A DNA stretch of 64,000 nucleotides from a virus, in IMG/VR virus record IMGVR_UViG_3300023184_000034, positions 97,030 through 161,029 of that record; one strand, given 5' to 3'. The notes under the pieces were generated by a model. It ran no database searches. It worked only from the letters and a program-made list of their open reading frames with translations, and had not been told where the DNA came from. The translations under genes and the position numbers were made by a program. This document shows positions 27,491-52,849 of the stretch, in pieces (position 1 is the stretch's first letter; each line of letters begins with the position of its first letter).

Positions 27491-28404
27491 TGCAAATAGC
27501 TTAATCTAATAAGTGTTGCAGCCAAGTTGATCTCAGGATCAATCACCAATGCATGATCCACAAGGCCCTGTTTAATCACAAGAATAGCTTTGTTTTGTTT
27601 TTCTTCCTCGCCAAAGATTTCTATGTTGTCATACAACCAGCGATAGATTTCATCCATTTCTTCTGGACGAGCTTGGCTACACACCAGTTTTCGACCTTCG
27701 TTAATTTTACCAGCCTTGAACAGTTCAACCATCTTGAACTTGTAGTCAGCTTCTCCTGTGTCACCACGCTGAGGAGTTTTCAACACATTTTCGCCACAGT
27801 TCATCTGCACAGTATTGATGCACTTGCGCAAATCCGGATATGTGGCTTTGACAAATGTATCCAGTGTGTCAATATCAAATTCTACACCTTCGCTGATAAG
27901 TATCTCGGCCATGCGAGCTGTGAACTCTGTTTGGTCTGTCTTTTCAATATGAAATCCTTGGCATCGACTGTGTAGCGCAGGAATAATTTTATGTGGATAA
28001 TTACAAGTTAAAATAAATCTAGCGGTTGTGTGATATTCCTCCATAACACCCCGAAGTGCGGCTTGTGCGCTGGGACTCAAGTAGTCTGCTTCGTCCAGCA
28101 ACACAACTTTGAAGTCACCAAACGGAATCATCTGCACAAAGTTGATAATTTTATCTCTAACATCATCAACTGAGTTGGTTCGACTTGCATTGATCTCTAA
28201 CAAATCCAAATCGTTTACTTCTAGTTCGTTGAACAGAATTTTAGCCAAGGTAGTTTTTCCAATACCAGCACTGCCGCTGAACAACAGGTGTGGGATTGAT
28301 TTTTCTTTGATCCAAGTTTTAACTTGTTCTCGTTGATGACTATCTCTAAACACGTATCCTTCGATAGTGCTTGGCCGATACTTTTCTACCCACAATTCTT
28401 TCAT
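27487..28404 (-). CDS. Clamp loader ATPase subunit (gp44/RFC-small-like)
   Basis: LWVEKYRP, GSAGIGKT, LDEAD, SRC. Confidence 0.93.
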   Translation of the reverse strand: MKELWVEKYRPSTIEGYVFRDSHQREQVKTWIKEKSIPHLLFSGSAGIGKTTLAKILFNELEVNDLDLLEINASRTNSVDDVRDKIINFVQMIPFGDFKVVLLDEADYLSPSAQAALRGVMEEYHTTARFILTCNYPHKIIPALHSRCQGFHIEKTDQTEFTARMAEILISEGVEFDIDTLDTFVKATYPDLRKCINTVQMNCGENVLKTPQRGDTGEADYKFKMVELFKAGKINEGRKLVCSQARPEEMDEIYRWLYDNIEIFGEEEKQNKAILVIKQGLVDHALVIDPEINLAATLIRLSYLQ

Positions 28405-28431
28405 TGCAGTTCCTTATTGATATATGTGTTT

Positions 28432-28470
28432 ATTATACAGGTGAAAACAGGCCTTGTCTAGAGGCCTGTT
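28432..28470 (-). promoter_or_regulatory. sigma70 promoter (TAGACA-17-TATAAT) whose -35 forms the loop of a terminator hairpin
   Basis: AACAGGCCT-CTAGACA-AGGCCTGTT-TT; -10 at 28432-28437. Confidence 0.75.
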
Positions 28471-28475
28471 GTTCT

Positions 28476-28877
28476 TTATTGCTCGAAGCTGGGACGAGAA
28501 AATGTAGCTGGATCGAATTCTGCGTGATTTACTTTGCTGTGTGAACCAAAGGTGTTGTCACCCGGCTCTTCGTCCGTTACTGCCAAAATTGCTTTGGTGT
28601 CAGCCCGGCGAATTGTGATCTCTTCACCGTTGTTGTCTATCACTTTAACACCGCGAGTCCATCTGCCGTGCTCCAACAAAATCCACTCCCCAACACAAAC
28701 ATCAATTTGTTTTGGACCAACTTTCCAAACACGGGCCCAACGATGGCGCACACCTTCGCTTTTGCCGTCATCGCTGGGTAACACAATACCACCCGCAGAT
28801 ACTCGGGCATCAAAATTCATACCAGTAACAAGAATATTATCGTTGAGCGGCTTGAGTGTGCCAGTGATCACAGCCAT
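28476..28877 (-). CDS. Co-chaperonin GroES-like
   Basis: LKPLNDNILV..SAGGIVLP..VGP; start reassigned to ATG 28877. Confidence 0.85.
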   Translation of the reverse strand: MAVITGTLKPLNDNILVTGMNFDARVSAGGIVLPSDDGKSEGVRHRWARVWKVGPKQIDVCVGEWILLEHGRWTRGVKVIDNNGEEITIRRADTKAILAVTDEEPGDNTFGSHSKVNHAEFDPATFSRPSFEQ

Positions 28878-28878
28878 G

Positions 28879-29160
28879 TTATTCGTTGCCTTCCGGATCT
28901 TGATTACCAATGTCTTTTTTGGATAAAGCTGCTGGCGCTGCTCGAACATTGATTTGATTAGGGATAGTAACAGGCTGTGGAGTCATTTCCTCACGACGTT
29001 TAATGATTTTACCACCTTCGCCTAATTTATCGCCTCGTGCGTTAACTTTGGCGTTGCCCACAGCAGGTACCAATTCATTTTGATTAATCAGTTTACCCAA
29101 ATCAATTTCTATACCCTTTGCAGTGCGGTAAACCATACGTTGTTGTTCTTTCATTGGCAT
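28879..29160 (-). CDS. Conserved hypothetical phage protein
   Basis: 93 aa; AVGNAKVNARGDKLG; GGAGG SD; TAAGTA at 29185-29190. Confidence 0.7.
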   Translation of the reverse strand: MPMKEQQRMVYRTAKGIEIDLGKLINQNELVPAVGNAKVNARGDKLGEGGKIIKRREEMTPQPVTIPNQINVRAAPAALSKKDIGNQDPEGNE

Positions 29161-29187
29161 ATTAGCCTCCTTGAATTATACTATTAC

Positions 29188-29697
29188 TTATCTCAGGAAC
29201 TCCTGCCAGTCTAAATTATATTTTATCGAATCAATTTGATGCACACCCAACAAATATAACACAAAACTGGCCACACTGGATCCTCGACCCACACCCCAAA
29301 CAATGCCATTCTCGTTGCAAGTATCCACAAAATGTTTGGTCCATTGCAATAACGGAATCATTTTGCGATTGCGATATGCTTCCATTTCATCGTAAACACG
29401 TTCTTTTTGTTGCTTTGTGGTACAACGATTGACACACCATTCTTCTACATCAAATTCTTTGTATTCTTCTGGCATAAACCAGTCGCTTTGCAGTGCTTGG
29501 TCAAAATCTTCTATACTAATAGAATCCAATTGATCATTAAATCTTGAAAATGTAAATCCTGCAACTTGCTCTAACTTTTCAATATCTTCAGTGTAATCAA
29601 CTGTGAGATCTTTGAGGTTGGTCAGCTTTCCTTGGTACAGAAACTTGAATATGTCTTGTGTGTTAAAAATAGGATTTCCAAATTTATCTAGGCGCAT
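29188..29697 (-). CDS. Stand-alone DnaE (Pol III alpha) NTPase-domain fragment protein
   Basis: GIVWGVGRGSSVASFVLYLLGV..ID.IKYNL; ends before the catalytic PDxD. Confidence 0.8.
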   Translation of the reverse strand: MRLDKFGNPIFNTQDIFKFLYQGKLTNLKDLTVDYTEDIEKLEQVAGFTFSRFNDQLDSISIEDFDQALQSDWFMPEEYKEFDVEEWCVNRCTTKQQKERVYDEMEAYRNRKMIPLLQWTKHFVDTCNENGIVWGVGRGSSVASFVLYLLGVHQIDSIKYNLDWQEFLR

Positions 29698-29704
29698 AGC
29701 CTAT

Positions 29705-29733
29705 AGTTTAGTTGACTTTGATCAGATTGTCAA
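29705..29733 (-). promoter_or_regulatory. sigma70 promoter TTGACA-17-TAAACT, probably giving a leaderless mRNA
   Basis: -10 is 7 nt from ATG 29697; no SD. Confidence 0.7.
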
Positions 29734-29938
29734 GGCTTTTTTCACTATTTTTCGCCAATTGTTCCAACGCAGCTTGTCTTCGACTGCCTAATTCCATTTT
29801 ATATGTTTCTAACAACATGCCAATTTGAGTTTTGACATCGGTGTTATGAGTCATAAAGTATTTTCGAGTAAGGTCGCTAATCTTACTTTCTAGCTCGCTG
29901 TCTTTAACGCCAGTAAAATCACCTGCTAATGGATGCAT
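29708..29938 (-). CDS. Hypothetical protein
   Basis: Likely start ATG 29938 (MHPLAGD...), 76 aa, helical. Confidence 0.65.
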   Translation of the reverse strand: MHPLAGDFTGVKDSELESKISDLTRKYFMTHNTDVKTQIGMLLETYKMELGSRRQAALEQLAKNSEKSLDNLIKVN

Positions 29939-29939
29939 A

Positions 29940-30824
29940 TTAACCTGCGGTGTATTGTCCGTCAAGTTTGAAATACACGTTGGTACCGCCATCAATGGTC
30001 CATGCTTCGAGAATTTCAAAATGATTTTCTCGATCCAAGGTTATAAATGCTGTTGTTAAAGATGGCCCACCCACCAGTGCCGATGAAGTGTAAGTTAAAC
30101 CGCTCGGTGTGCCCGCAGTGGTTGTAATTGCTGCACCGCCTCTGGCTGCGCTAAGTGTAAATGTAGTTGAGCCATTGGTTGCAATAACGTAGTATGTAAC
30201 TGGCGCACCGGCTGAACTGGAGTATCCACTGATGCTGCCAGAACCGCTGTTGGTGCCAGTAATACTAATCAATTGACCCACTGATAATGCTGCTGCATTA
30301 CAACTAAATTGTCCACCTGTTCCGGTGATAGCAACAGCAGTCAGGGTGGGCGTGGTTGCTAATTTTAATTTACCAGTGCCACTTGTTAAGGTAACTATAT
30401 ATTTTGAACTTTGATCACCTATCAACATCAATCTCATCACACTGTATTTTCCAGTAGTGGGCCATGATATAAAATTTAATGTTGCATTGGCGGTTAAAAT
30501 TGCAGACTGCATGGGTCCGTTGCTGATATTAATGTCAGCCCCAGAATTGCCTACACTGCTCAGTGGATATACAACGCCATTAAACTGACTGTACAATCCG
30601 TTGCTGATAGTGCTTTCGAGTAAATTGTTTACTACTTTTACTGAACTGGTTGCAACATCCCGTACCAGTACTGAATTTTGTTGCAACGCAGATATTTCTA
30701 TTGCTGCCCTGGCTAATCCAGCTTGTATAGCTGTAAAATTATTTCTGAATCCCTGGCTGTTATTATCAACACCTGCTACTGGGTAAGATACATTAATTGC
30801 AGAAGAGTTTATTGCACTTGTCAT
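29940..30824 (-). CDS. Tail/baseplate-associated structural protein
   Basis: YPVAGVDNNSQGFRNNF N-terminus; carries a beta module shared with the 4710-aa fibre. Confidence 0.65.
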   Translation of the reverse strand: MTSAINSSAINVSYPVAGVDNNSQGFRNNFTAIQAGLARAAIEISALQQNSVLVRDVATSSVKVVNNLLESTISNGLYSQFNGVVYPLSSVGNSGADINISNGPMQSAILTANATLNFISWPTTGKYSVMRLMLIGDQSSKYIVTLTSGTGKLKLATTPTLTAVAITGTGGQFSCNAAALSVGQLISITGTNSGSGSISGYSSSAGAPVTYYVIATNGSTTFTLSAARGGAAITTTAGTPSGLTYTSSALVGGPSLTTAFITLDRENHFEILEAWTIDGGTNVYFKLDGQYTAG

Positions 30825-33478
30825 ACGGTTATCCTATTATTTTTGAATATTAAATATTTATCGTCAGCATAACCACCTGCGGAAGATAATGTGTATCTAT
30901 CTATTGTGTAATCCAACGAATTAAAATCAAAGTTGTTGAATTTGATATTTCTCAATATAGTATCGGCTGTTTCTGGCTTGCAGAAACACAGTGGTATTGC
31001 TAGTATATAGTCCAATTCGGCTTTGTTACCTGGCTGAATACTACGCATCCAAAGTGGCAAATAGTTGCGTTCAGTTGCTCCAACAGCACCCAATCTAGTT
31101 TGCCAATTTGTTATGCTGTTTGGAAAATACACACTGGGTCTTGGATTGCTGGCGCTGTATCCAGTACTGTCAACAGTGACATTGAAATTGGGTCTGTCAT
31201 TGTACAAACTATTGGCATTGAGGGCGGACAACTGAGTACTGTAAAAATCCAAATTACTATCAACACTGATGTCTTGTGATATTGAACTTTTTGTTTTTAT
31301 GCTCAATGCTTTATGTTGACCGTTTGGTTCCGCCGGATCTATCATTTGTATATACACTACTTCGTACATTTGCTCGCCTGTAACAGTGTCCGTGGCCACA
31401 GCCTTTTTGAGACTACTAAACTGAAATCTTTTCTTTTTGTTGTTCAGACCCATTGCGCCTATGTAGGCAGCTGCATTTGTAGTTTGTATTCCCGCATACA
31501 CCAACATGGTCAAACTAGTTTGAACTCCAAAATTTGGATCGTTTGATCTATATATGCTGCCTGGTGAAAAAACAGATGCATTGTTTATGAAATTATTCCA
31601 TGCGGATCGTTGTGCTGGCACCAAGAACGGTCTAGCAACAATGTTGCTGTAAAACATGGTGTTGGGTGTAGTAACTGCAATATTAAAAGTTTGTGCAATT
31701 GCACTATAGCCATATTGATCATATGCTTTAACTGTGAAAAAGTAACTGCGGTCAAACAAACCAGCGGAACGGTCAAAGGTTGTTTGCCCACCATCGAATC
31801 GGATCAACCCTGAAGTTTGAGTAATGTTGTTGTAGAACTGATTAACTGTGCCAATTATTTCGCCATCCCCGTTGAGTTCAAGTCCCGGAGGCAACTGACT
31901 CAGACTACCGTCTGGATTAACATCGTTTAACTCGTATGATACCACAGCACCTGTTACAGAAGTTTCAGCAACAATTTTTAGTGTACACAAAAAATCTGCT
32001 GGAATTGATCCCAGCTTGGTTGGCGTGATCCATGTGATAACACTGTTGATGCTGCCCAAAATAGTTATATTGAATTTACGACTGGCATTGCTGATTTCGT
32101 CTAAATTATCTCCAGGTCTGCTGGCGGTGAGTGTGAACACATACTGTGTTGTGACTGCTGGTTGATATGGAATTATTCCATACAGGTCACCATCCAGCTC
32201 ATCAAACTGAACACCGGGTGGAAGTTTGCTCAGTGTTCCTGTATAAAACACAGTGCTGTTTGGTATGTCCACAATTAGTGGAGATGTCACGGTTAATCGA
32301 TATCTAGTGGGTGTCAATTGCTGTACATTTGATATTGTGTAAATTTTATCAGTTGCGTTATCCAAGTAATAATTTAACGTAAAATATTGACCAATTTGCG
32401 GAACTGTTGTGTTGTTTGCAGTATTTACAGTGACAAACACACTGCCAGCAACATTGTCTGTGGATGACAATTTATAAGCCACCACATACACTTCTTCGTT
32501 GGTGGCTGATATTCTAAAACTCACATCAGTATTATCATACAGTGCAACGGGCACAGTCAAATAATTGTTAGATCTAAACAGTCCTAAATTACCATCAGTG
32601 ATCCAAACTGGTTTTCTAACATATGTTGAGTCTGCTGTGAAACTGCCTGCTGAGTTGCCCAGTGTGGTGCTGTCTGCTCTAAACTCGTCAGACCCAGTTA
32701 CAAATATTTTAAAAATGCGCTGTGCGTAATTGACGCCGTCAGTAACAGTGACTTTGAATTGATAGTTTAAACTTAGAGTTTGTACAACTTTAGTTTTTAT
32801 AGAATAATCAAATATCACATTGTCGTAGTGGTAAGTGTCAAAACCATTGGTTGGACGTAATCCAAAATCAAACACCGCTACATCAAACCCCTGTTCATCA
32901 TAATTACCCACTCCATCGTTGACGGTTATTCTCGGAGCAGGTTTTACATAGCCACTGATAACACCATCTCGGCTTAGTGATAAGCCTGGCGGAAGTGTGC
33001 CGTCACCATCTGCAATGAAAAATTTCAAAGCCTGGCCAATGGCTATGTCTAAGTCAGTGACTTCCAGTGCATAAGATATGTACGTTTGATCAACGGTGTA
33101 ATATTGTTTGTTGTCTCCGACTGGCAATAATCCTGCAGGTGTAACAAACACAGGGGGATTAAATCCACTTATGATTATGCCAAATGTTCTGTCAGCAATG
33201 TCAGTTCTGAGATATTTGGGAGGAACAACACTGGTATTGTAAATATCTTTACTGGCTCGAATACAAAATTTATAGTTGGTGGTGTTGGCCACAATGTAAG
33301 GACTGCCTATGATACTACTGCCAACAATTGACAATCCGCTGGGTAATTCTCCGCTGATAACTTTAAAAGCTACACCTGTGATATCACCAGTCAATGGCAA
33401 TGGTATACTCACTGTTATTTGTTCAGGAAAGGTGCCTAATGAATATCCACTAGGTTGAGTCCAGATGCTTAAGGCCAT
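30821..33478 (-). CDS. Baseplate wedge-like protein with putative Ig (He_PIG-like) repeats
   Basis: Four G.LP.GL.L-type motifs (GELPSGLSI, GTLPPGLSL, LPPGVQFD, LPPGLELN). Confidence 0.65.
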   Translation of the reverse strand: MALSIWTQPSGYSLGTFPEQITVSIPLPLTGDITGVAFKVISGELPSGLSIVGSSIIGSPYIVANTTNYKFCIRASKDIYNTSVVPPKYLRTDIADRTFGIIISGFNPPVFVTPAGLLPVGDNKQYYTVDQTYISYALEVTDLDIAIGQALKFFIADGDGTLPPGLSLSRDGVISGYVKPAPRITVNDGVGNYDEQGFDVAVFDFGLRPTNGFDTYHYDNVIFDYSIKTKVVQTLSLNYQFKVTVTDGVNYAQRIFKIFVTGSDEFRADSTTLGNSAGSFTADSTYVRKPVWITDGNLGLFRSNNYLTVPVALYDNTDVSFRISATNEEVYVVAYKLSSTDNVAGSVFVTVNTANNTTVPQIGQYFTLNYYLDNATDKIYTISNVQQLTPTRYRLTVTSPLIVDIPNSTVFYTGTLSKLPPGVQFDELDGDLYGIIPYQPAVTTQYVFTLTASRPGDNLDEISNASRKFNITILGSINSVITWITPTKLGSIPADFLCTLKIVAETSVTGAVVSYELNDVNPDGSLSQLPPGLELNGDGEIIGTVNQFYNNITQTSGLIRFDGGQTTFDRSAGLFDRSYFFTVKAYDQYGYSAIAQTFNIAVTTPNTMFYSNIVARPFLVPAQRSAWNNFINNASVFSPGSIYRSNDPNFGVQTSLTMLVYAGIQTTNAAAYIGAMGLNNKKKRFQFSSLKKAVATDTVTGEQMYEVVYIQMIDPAEPNGQHKALSIKTKSSISQDISVDSNLDFYSTQLSALNANSLYNDRPNFNVTVDSTGYSASNPRPSVYFPNSITNWQTRLGAVGATERNYLPLWMRSIQPGNKAELDYILAIPLCFCKPETADTILRNIKFNNFDFNSLDYTIDRYTLSSAGGYADDKYLIFKNNRITV

Positions 33479-33491
33479 TAATCAGACTCCA

Positions 33492-34808
33492 TTATTGTAT
33501 TCTATACCATGTGGTATTGCTTGTTCTGTATATGTATTGGTATGTTGCATATGGTGCTATTACACCAGCAGCAAGTGCGCCTAACAATGTGGGTCCTGCA
33601 GTTAATGCAAGCGTAACTGTGTTATCATGTATCACAAATCTCACCACCTGCCCGTCTGTGGGTGCGGGCGGAAATGTCAACGTTGCTGTGTAACCAGATG
33701 CAGTCACTAACAAAATATTATTGACAACTGTGGTGCTCAGTGCATACACAGCAGTTGAACTCACAGTGATATAATTTGCCCCCTGTAACCCAATTGATTG
33801 CACAGTGCCAGATACTGTTAAATTGCCAATCACAGACAAATTGTTTTTGACAGTGGTGGTGCCTGTGACAGCGCCAATTGACAGTGTGGTGGCCGAACCA
33901 CCAAACGCAATGGTGGTTGCTGTGGTATTAACTAAATTAAACACTGTTTGTGCAGTTGATATTTGGCTGGCTGTGGCGTTGCCAATATTAGGAGTGACCA
34001 GGGTTGGGCCAGTGGCAAACACCAAAGAACCCGAGCCTGTTTCGTCACTGATAACACTGCGTAATTGTATGCTGCTGGTCAATGCAAATTGATCTAATCT
34101 GCCAGTGGATGTGGCCAACACACCCGAAGTGGGCAATGTTAGATTGGTAATTCCTGTGGACGTCAGTGTGATATTGCCAGCGCCGGTTGCTGTTAAATTT
34201 GTACCCAGGGACAGTATGTTCCCGCTTACTTTTATACCAGGTTCAGCCACGGCACCAAAATCATAATCGTTTGCCAAGGGTGTGGTAAATCCGCTGCCAG
34301 TGCCAGTGCCATTGAGGTCCACAGTAAATCCCTTGGCAAATCGTTGCCACCCAGTTGGTCGGGTTATTGTGCCAAAGTCTGCATTGATGTTTGGAGTTGT
34401 GGACATGGCCACTGAAAACAAGCTGTTGCTGACATTTGGATCAATTCCATAAATTGTGGTTTGTGTGTCCCCGCCGTAGATGTAACGACTGTTTAGGTTT
34501 AAATTTCCAGCCAAGGTTGGAGTTGTGTCACGGGACAATGTGGTTGTGCCTTGTAAATTCACAGTGTTGGCTGTGTTGGTGATAACAACTGAGCTGTCAG
34601 TACTGGTTAATGTTTTAAATTCTAGAAGGGTAGCAGCCTTGGTTTTAAAAACGCCCGTGCCACCGCCCACGTTAGCACCAGTTGAAATGCCAACTTCTAT
34701 GTTTAATGCAGCAAAATTTGCATTTACTTTGATAAATGCTGTGCGTAAATCGTCGCCAGTACCGTCATTTGCGTAGCTACCTAAGAATATTTCTTGTATT
34801 GTTGACAT
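33492..34808 (-). CDS. Tail fibre/baseplate protein with gp9/gp10-like N-terminus
   Basis: NDGTGDDLRTAFIKVNANF; Thr/Gly-rich; TAAATA at 34827-34832. Confidence 0.7.
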   Translation of the reverse strand: MSTIQEIFLGSYANDGTGDDLRTAFIKVNANFAALNIEVGISTGANVGGGTGVFKTKAATLLEFKTLTSTDSSVVITNTANTVNLQGTTTLSRDTTPTLAGNLNLNSRYIYGGDTQTTIYGIDPNVSNSLFSVAMSTTPNINADFGTITRPTGWQRFAKGFTVDLNGTGTGSGFTTPLANDYDFGAVAEPGIKVSGNILSLGTNLTATGAGNITLTSTGITNLTLPTSGVLATSTGRLDQFALTSSIQLRSVISDETGSGSLVFATGPTLVTPNIGNATASQISTAQTVFNLVNTTATTIAFGGSATTLSIGAVTGTTTVKNNLSVIGNLTVSGTVQSIGLQGANYITVSSTAVYALSTTVVNNILLVTASGYTATLTFPPAPTDGQVVRFVIHDNTVTLALTAGPTLLGALAAGVIAPYATYQYIYRTSNTTWYRIQ

Positions 34809-34821
34809 AATCTGTTCCGTT

Positions 34822-35601
34822 TTATATATTTACCGTTTCTAGGAACTCTAAAGTCTTGATGAGTTCAGCATACTTCTTAGGGCTCAAATAGGGCGCCAAT
34901 GCCATGCGATTGTGTCCCGGCACATACTGATTCAAGTTGCTGGTGCTACTGAGCTGTTTGACACCGTTGTCAATGTAAGTTTGATTCATTGTGACCACAG
35001 TCACAGTGGTGGCTTTGATATCCACAAGATTGCGACCAATATGCACATCGGTTGGCGCGGCTCCTATTTTGCGGGCAAACTGCACTAATTCCAATGCGGC
35101 ATTGGGTTTGATAATGTATCCGTAGGCACCCCAGATAAACTCTCCTACACCGTGCCAAGTGCCTTTGGCAGGTTGATGCCAAACTCCCACAGGTTCGTTC
35201 ATATGTTTTTGAACGTTTTCAGTATAGATTTCCGTGGTGTCAAACACATCAAATGGATCCAGTTTCAGTACACCGTCAAACTGATCCAGTATGTCTTCGG
35301 GCAGTGGTCGAACAAACACGCCATCATGTTCCAAGATAATAATGGGTTCATTCAACTTCACACACTTCATCCACAGTTCAAAGTGACTGAGAAAGCAACC
35401 TTGATGTCCTGGATTGTCAATGATGTCTCTAGTTATAAAACGTGTGATGCCATACTTGGCAAACAGTTCAGGCGCATCATATCCCAGTACCGCATTGTGT
35501 ACTTGGGGCTCAATGCCAAACTTGTGCGCAGCCTCAATGGCTTCTGCACCAACCTTACGGCTGTGTTTACTTTGTTGTAGAATAATAACAAATGCTTGCA
35601 T
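34822..35601 (-). CDS. Glycosyltransferase family 25
   Basis: GCFLSHFELW, IIILEHDG, GAYGYII. Confidence 0.82.
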   Translation of the reverse strand: MQAFVIILQQSKHSRKVGAEAIEAAHKFGIEPQVHNAVLGYDAPELFAKYGITRFITRDIIDNPGHQGCFLSHFELWMKCVKLNEPIIILEHDGVFVRPLPEDILDQFDGVLKLDPFDVFDTTEIYTENVQKHMNEPVGVWHQPAKGTWHGVGEFIWGAYGYIIKPNAALELVQFARKIGAAPTDVHIGRNLVDIKATTVTVVTMNQTYIDNGVKQLSSTSNLNQYVPGHNRMALAPYLSPKKYAELIKTLEFLETVNI

Positions 35602-38041
35602 TACATTAATTCTTCAATAATGCAATAGACACTACCCAGTTGATATTGTGTTGGCGTATCTCTCATCATAGCAGTTACTCTATACACTTTATGATAACTA
35701 TGATCTGATATAACCATCTCAGCTTTGTCCCCAACATGTTCAAACACTACGGGATTAAATTGTTGCCAGCCAATGGCAGCACCGGTTGTTGAATATCCAA
35801 ATATATTTGTACCGTTGTTGGCAGATATTGTTACGTTTGCACCATTTATTCCAATGTAACGAAATTCTACGTTTATACTGCCCGCGGTGGGCGAGACTGC
35901 TCTAATGGATAAACGATCTCTGTTCACAACATTAGTATTAACGGTTAACATTGTTGTGTTGGTGGTTGACGTGTTGGTTATTCTATTAACATATGCGGTG
36001 GATTGTACGGTAGTATCTGGGAAGGTTAATGAACCGTTAGTGCCAAATGTAAAGTCTTTATTAGAATATGTTCCTATTCCGGGAGGACTTGTTACCACAG
36101 CATATCTAGTACGGATAACTAAATTTTCTTCTGGATCAGTTTGAATGATGTTGGGAACAATCAGTTTACCATTGCTCATCAAGGTCACTGATTCACTGCC
36201 TGATGTGATTTTCACACTGGTCAACAATGCTTGCCAAGTGGCGTAGCTGTCTCGAACAACTATCAATGCACTTCTAAGTTCATTATACGCTGAGGTTGTG
36301 ATAGGAGGCTGAAATATCAGCGGCAGTGGTGGACTGGATGGTGATTGTTGTATTTGATAAGCTGTTAACAGCTGAGCTATCAACCCAGCGGCAGTTGGGC
36401 CAGTTGCCTGCCATGCTATAAATGGCCAATTAGAAGATGTAAGACCAAGATTATTGGCCTGTGCCTGATAACTGGCTCGTACAGCTTCCCAAGCAGTCAA
36501 GCTATCGGTATAGGCTGTGGCAGCGGCAGTAATTTCAACATCACTTGCTTGACCAATAACAGCTGAGTTGGGCAATGATAAATTACCATCTGTGCTAAAG
36601 TTCCAAGCCGCGTGGGCTGAGAAATTTGCAGTGGAGGCTTGTACTTGTACATTGCCACTGTTGACCAATCTAACATATTGAGTATCAGTGCCTAGATATA
36701 GTTCAGTGGTGCCACCGGCTGATGCCAAATGTATGTGATCACCTTCAGCGGCTGTGGGATAAATTAATAATGCTTGATAAGCATTGGCACCGCTTGCGGG
36801 TTTGAGTTTCATAGCAAGCGGATCAAAAGTGCTGCCTTCGGTAATAACGCCACCACTAGGTAATGTTAATGCACCATCTGTGCCAAAACTCCACTCTTTT
36901 CTGCCACCAGAAGTTTGTGTTGCAACTTGTAAAATTTTGTTAAGATCAGCGGTAATGTTAGAATAACTTGAGCTTAATCTATGTAAGGTAAGCCCTGATG
37001 GAAAAGTTGTTGTACCAGTTGTGCCAAATTGCCATAGTCTGCCAGCACTGGCAGTCCCTGTTTCAATCTGAAACTCTTTATCAACACTACAGGTAAAGTT
37101 AACTGTGTTTGGACCTCTTGGTGCCCCCAGTACAAGCCCTGTTGGGAATGTGGTGTTACCAGTTGAGCCAAGACTCAGTGTGTGAACACCGTTGACCAAA
37201 CTACTTACACTGCCAGCGGCCGCGTAGGTAACTTCTTTAGTTGTGGTGTTGTAATATAACACATTGGATGTTGCTGTGGCAGTTCTAATCGGTGCCACAT
37301 AGAAACTATCTGTTTGAGCTGCAACGCCATTGACTGCTGAGCCAGTGGCATTTAGTATGATTGTGTTGGCCGCTTGGCTGGTAGCACCCGCATTGGCGCC
37401 AACTGCTATAGATTGGGCACCTTGATTTTGATTCCCGGCCTGGTAACCAACGGCCACGGCATTTGCGCCTTGTGAGCCATTGGCAGAACCAGCACCAACT
37501 GCCACTGCACCACTACCTTGACCCGTATACCCTGAGAGATAGCCAACGGCCACGCCATAGGTACCTTGTGCGTTATAACCTGCGGCGCTGCCAACAGCAG
37601 TTGCCCAACCGCCTTGATTTTGATTGCCTGCATTCATGCCAATGGCTACAGCAATCTGACCCTGATTGGTTACACCAGCAATATTTCCAATAGCAACTGC
37701 ACCAGCGGCTTGTGAAGTCAGTCCAGCATTAGCGCCAATTGCTATTTTAGTTGGACCACTTGCACCAGCTGTGTTGACCACTGGCCAAACGGCCGGAGCC
37801 GCCCCAGTTAATAATATTTTGTTATTGGCATCGTCATAGGTCACTGTGATGTTGGTGTGACTGGCATGATTGAACAAGGGTGCCGCATAGTCCTGCGCCA
37901 ACTCTCTCAAGTCTGCCGCAGTGCCACCTGTCAAGGTATACAGTTCAGTGAAGTTTGCATTGGCTTTTACAAATGCATTACGTAGTGTATCACCTGTTTT
38001 GTCGTTAGCACTTGCACCAACTAGGATATTTTGTTTAGCCA

Positions 38042-38042
<1 letters not shown>
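35601..38042 (-). CDS. Tail fibre with YadA-head-like repeats
   Basis: NDKTGDTLRNAFVKANANF; about 9 A(V/I)A(I/V)G..AG...QG repeats; W.F..DG.L.LP repeats. Confidence 0.75.
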
Positions 38043-52174
<14,132 letters not shown>

Positions 52175-52177
52175 TTA

Positions 52178-52504
52178 TTAAACTCCGAAGCTGGAACCGC
52201 AACCGCATGTTGATTTTGCGTTGGGATTTGTTATACTGAATGTGCTGCCTTGTAGATCTTCTTTGTAATCTATTTCTGCGCCTGTGAGATATTGCATGCT
52301 CATTGCGTCTACCAATACCTTAACATCGCTGGTTAGTGGAATCTCAAAATCATCTTCGTTCATCATTTCATCAAATGTGAATCCGTAACTGAATCCACTA
52401 CACCCGCCGCCTTGAACAAATGTACGTAAAGACAGGTTTGGATTGTTTTCTTCTAGTAGAAGATCTAGTATTTTTAGTTTGGCAGAATTGGAAATAGTGA
52501 TCAT
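52178..52504 (-). CDS. A-type Fe-S carrier (ErpA/IscA)
   Basis: [16 protein letters not shown]; start ATG 52504 behind AAGGA; TAAATA at 52522-52527. Confidence 0.93.
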   Translation of the reverse strand: MITISNSAKLKILDLLLEENNPNLSLRTFVQGGGCSGFSYGFTFDEMMNEDDFEIPLTSDVKVLVDAMSMQYLTGAEIDYKEDLQGSTFSITNPNAKSTCGCGSSFGV

Positions 52505-52558
52505 AGTGTTCCTTGATATAGTATTTATCAAAGGTTTTTATAACCTTAATGTAAATAC

Positions 52559-52849
52559 ATGATGTTCATTGGTACAGAATTTCGTCAAACACAATATGTT
52601 CGCAGCAGCAATCGCGGCAAGCACCACACCTATGTTAGAAACAAAACTGTGGTGGTTTTAAAGTGTGATGCGTGTAATACTATTTTTACAAGAGACAAGG
52701 GCAACATGGACCCAAACAGATTATCAAACAATTTCTATCATGTTTGTGAGCACTGTGATGCCAAGAAGTTTGCTCAATTAAAAGGCGTTGAAAGCAGGAA
52801 TGTGTGGAGTATGCCTGCCAGTAGCCTCAAGACACTAGACCAACTCTAG
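52559..52849 (+). CDS. Small Zn-ribbon protein
   Basis: CDAC...CEHC; TAAATA at 52552-52557. Confidence 0.65.
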   Translation: MMFIGTEFRQTQYVRSSNRGKHHTYVRNKTVVVLKCDACNTIFTRDKGNMDPNRLSNNFYHVCEHCDAKKFAQLKGVESRNVWSMPASSLKTLDQL

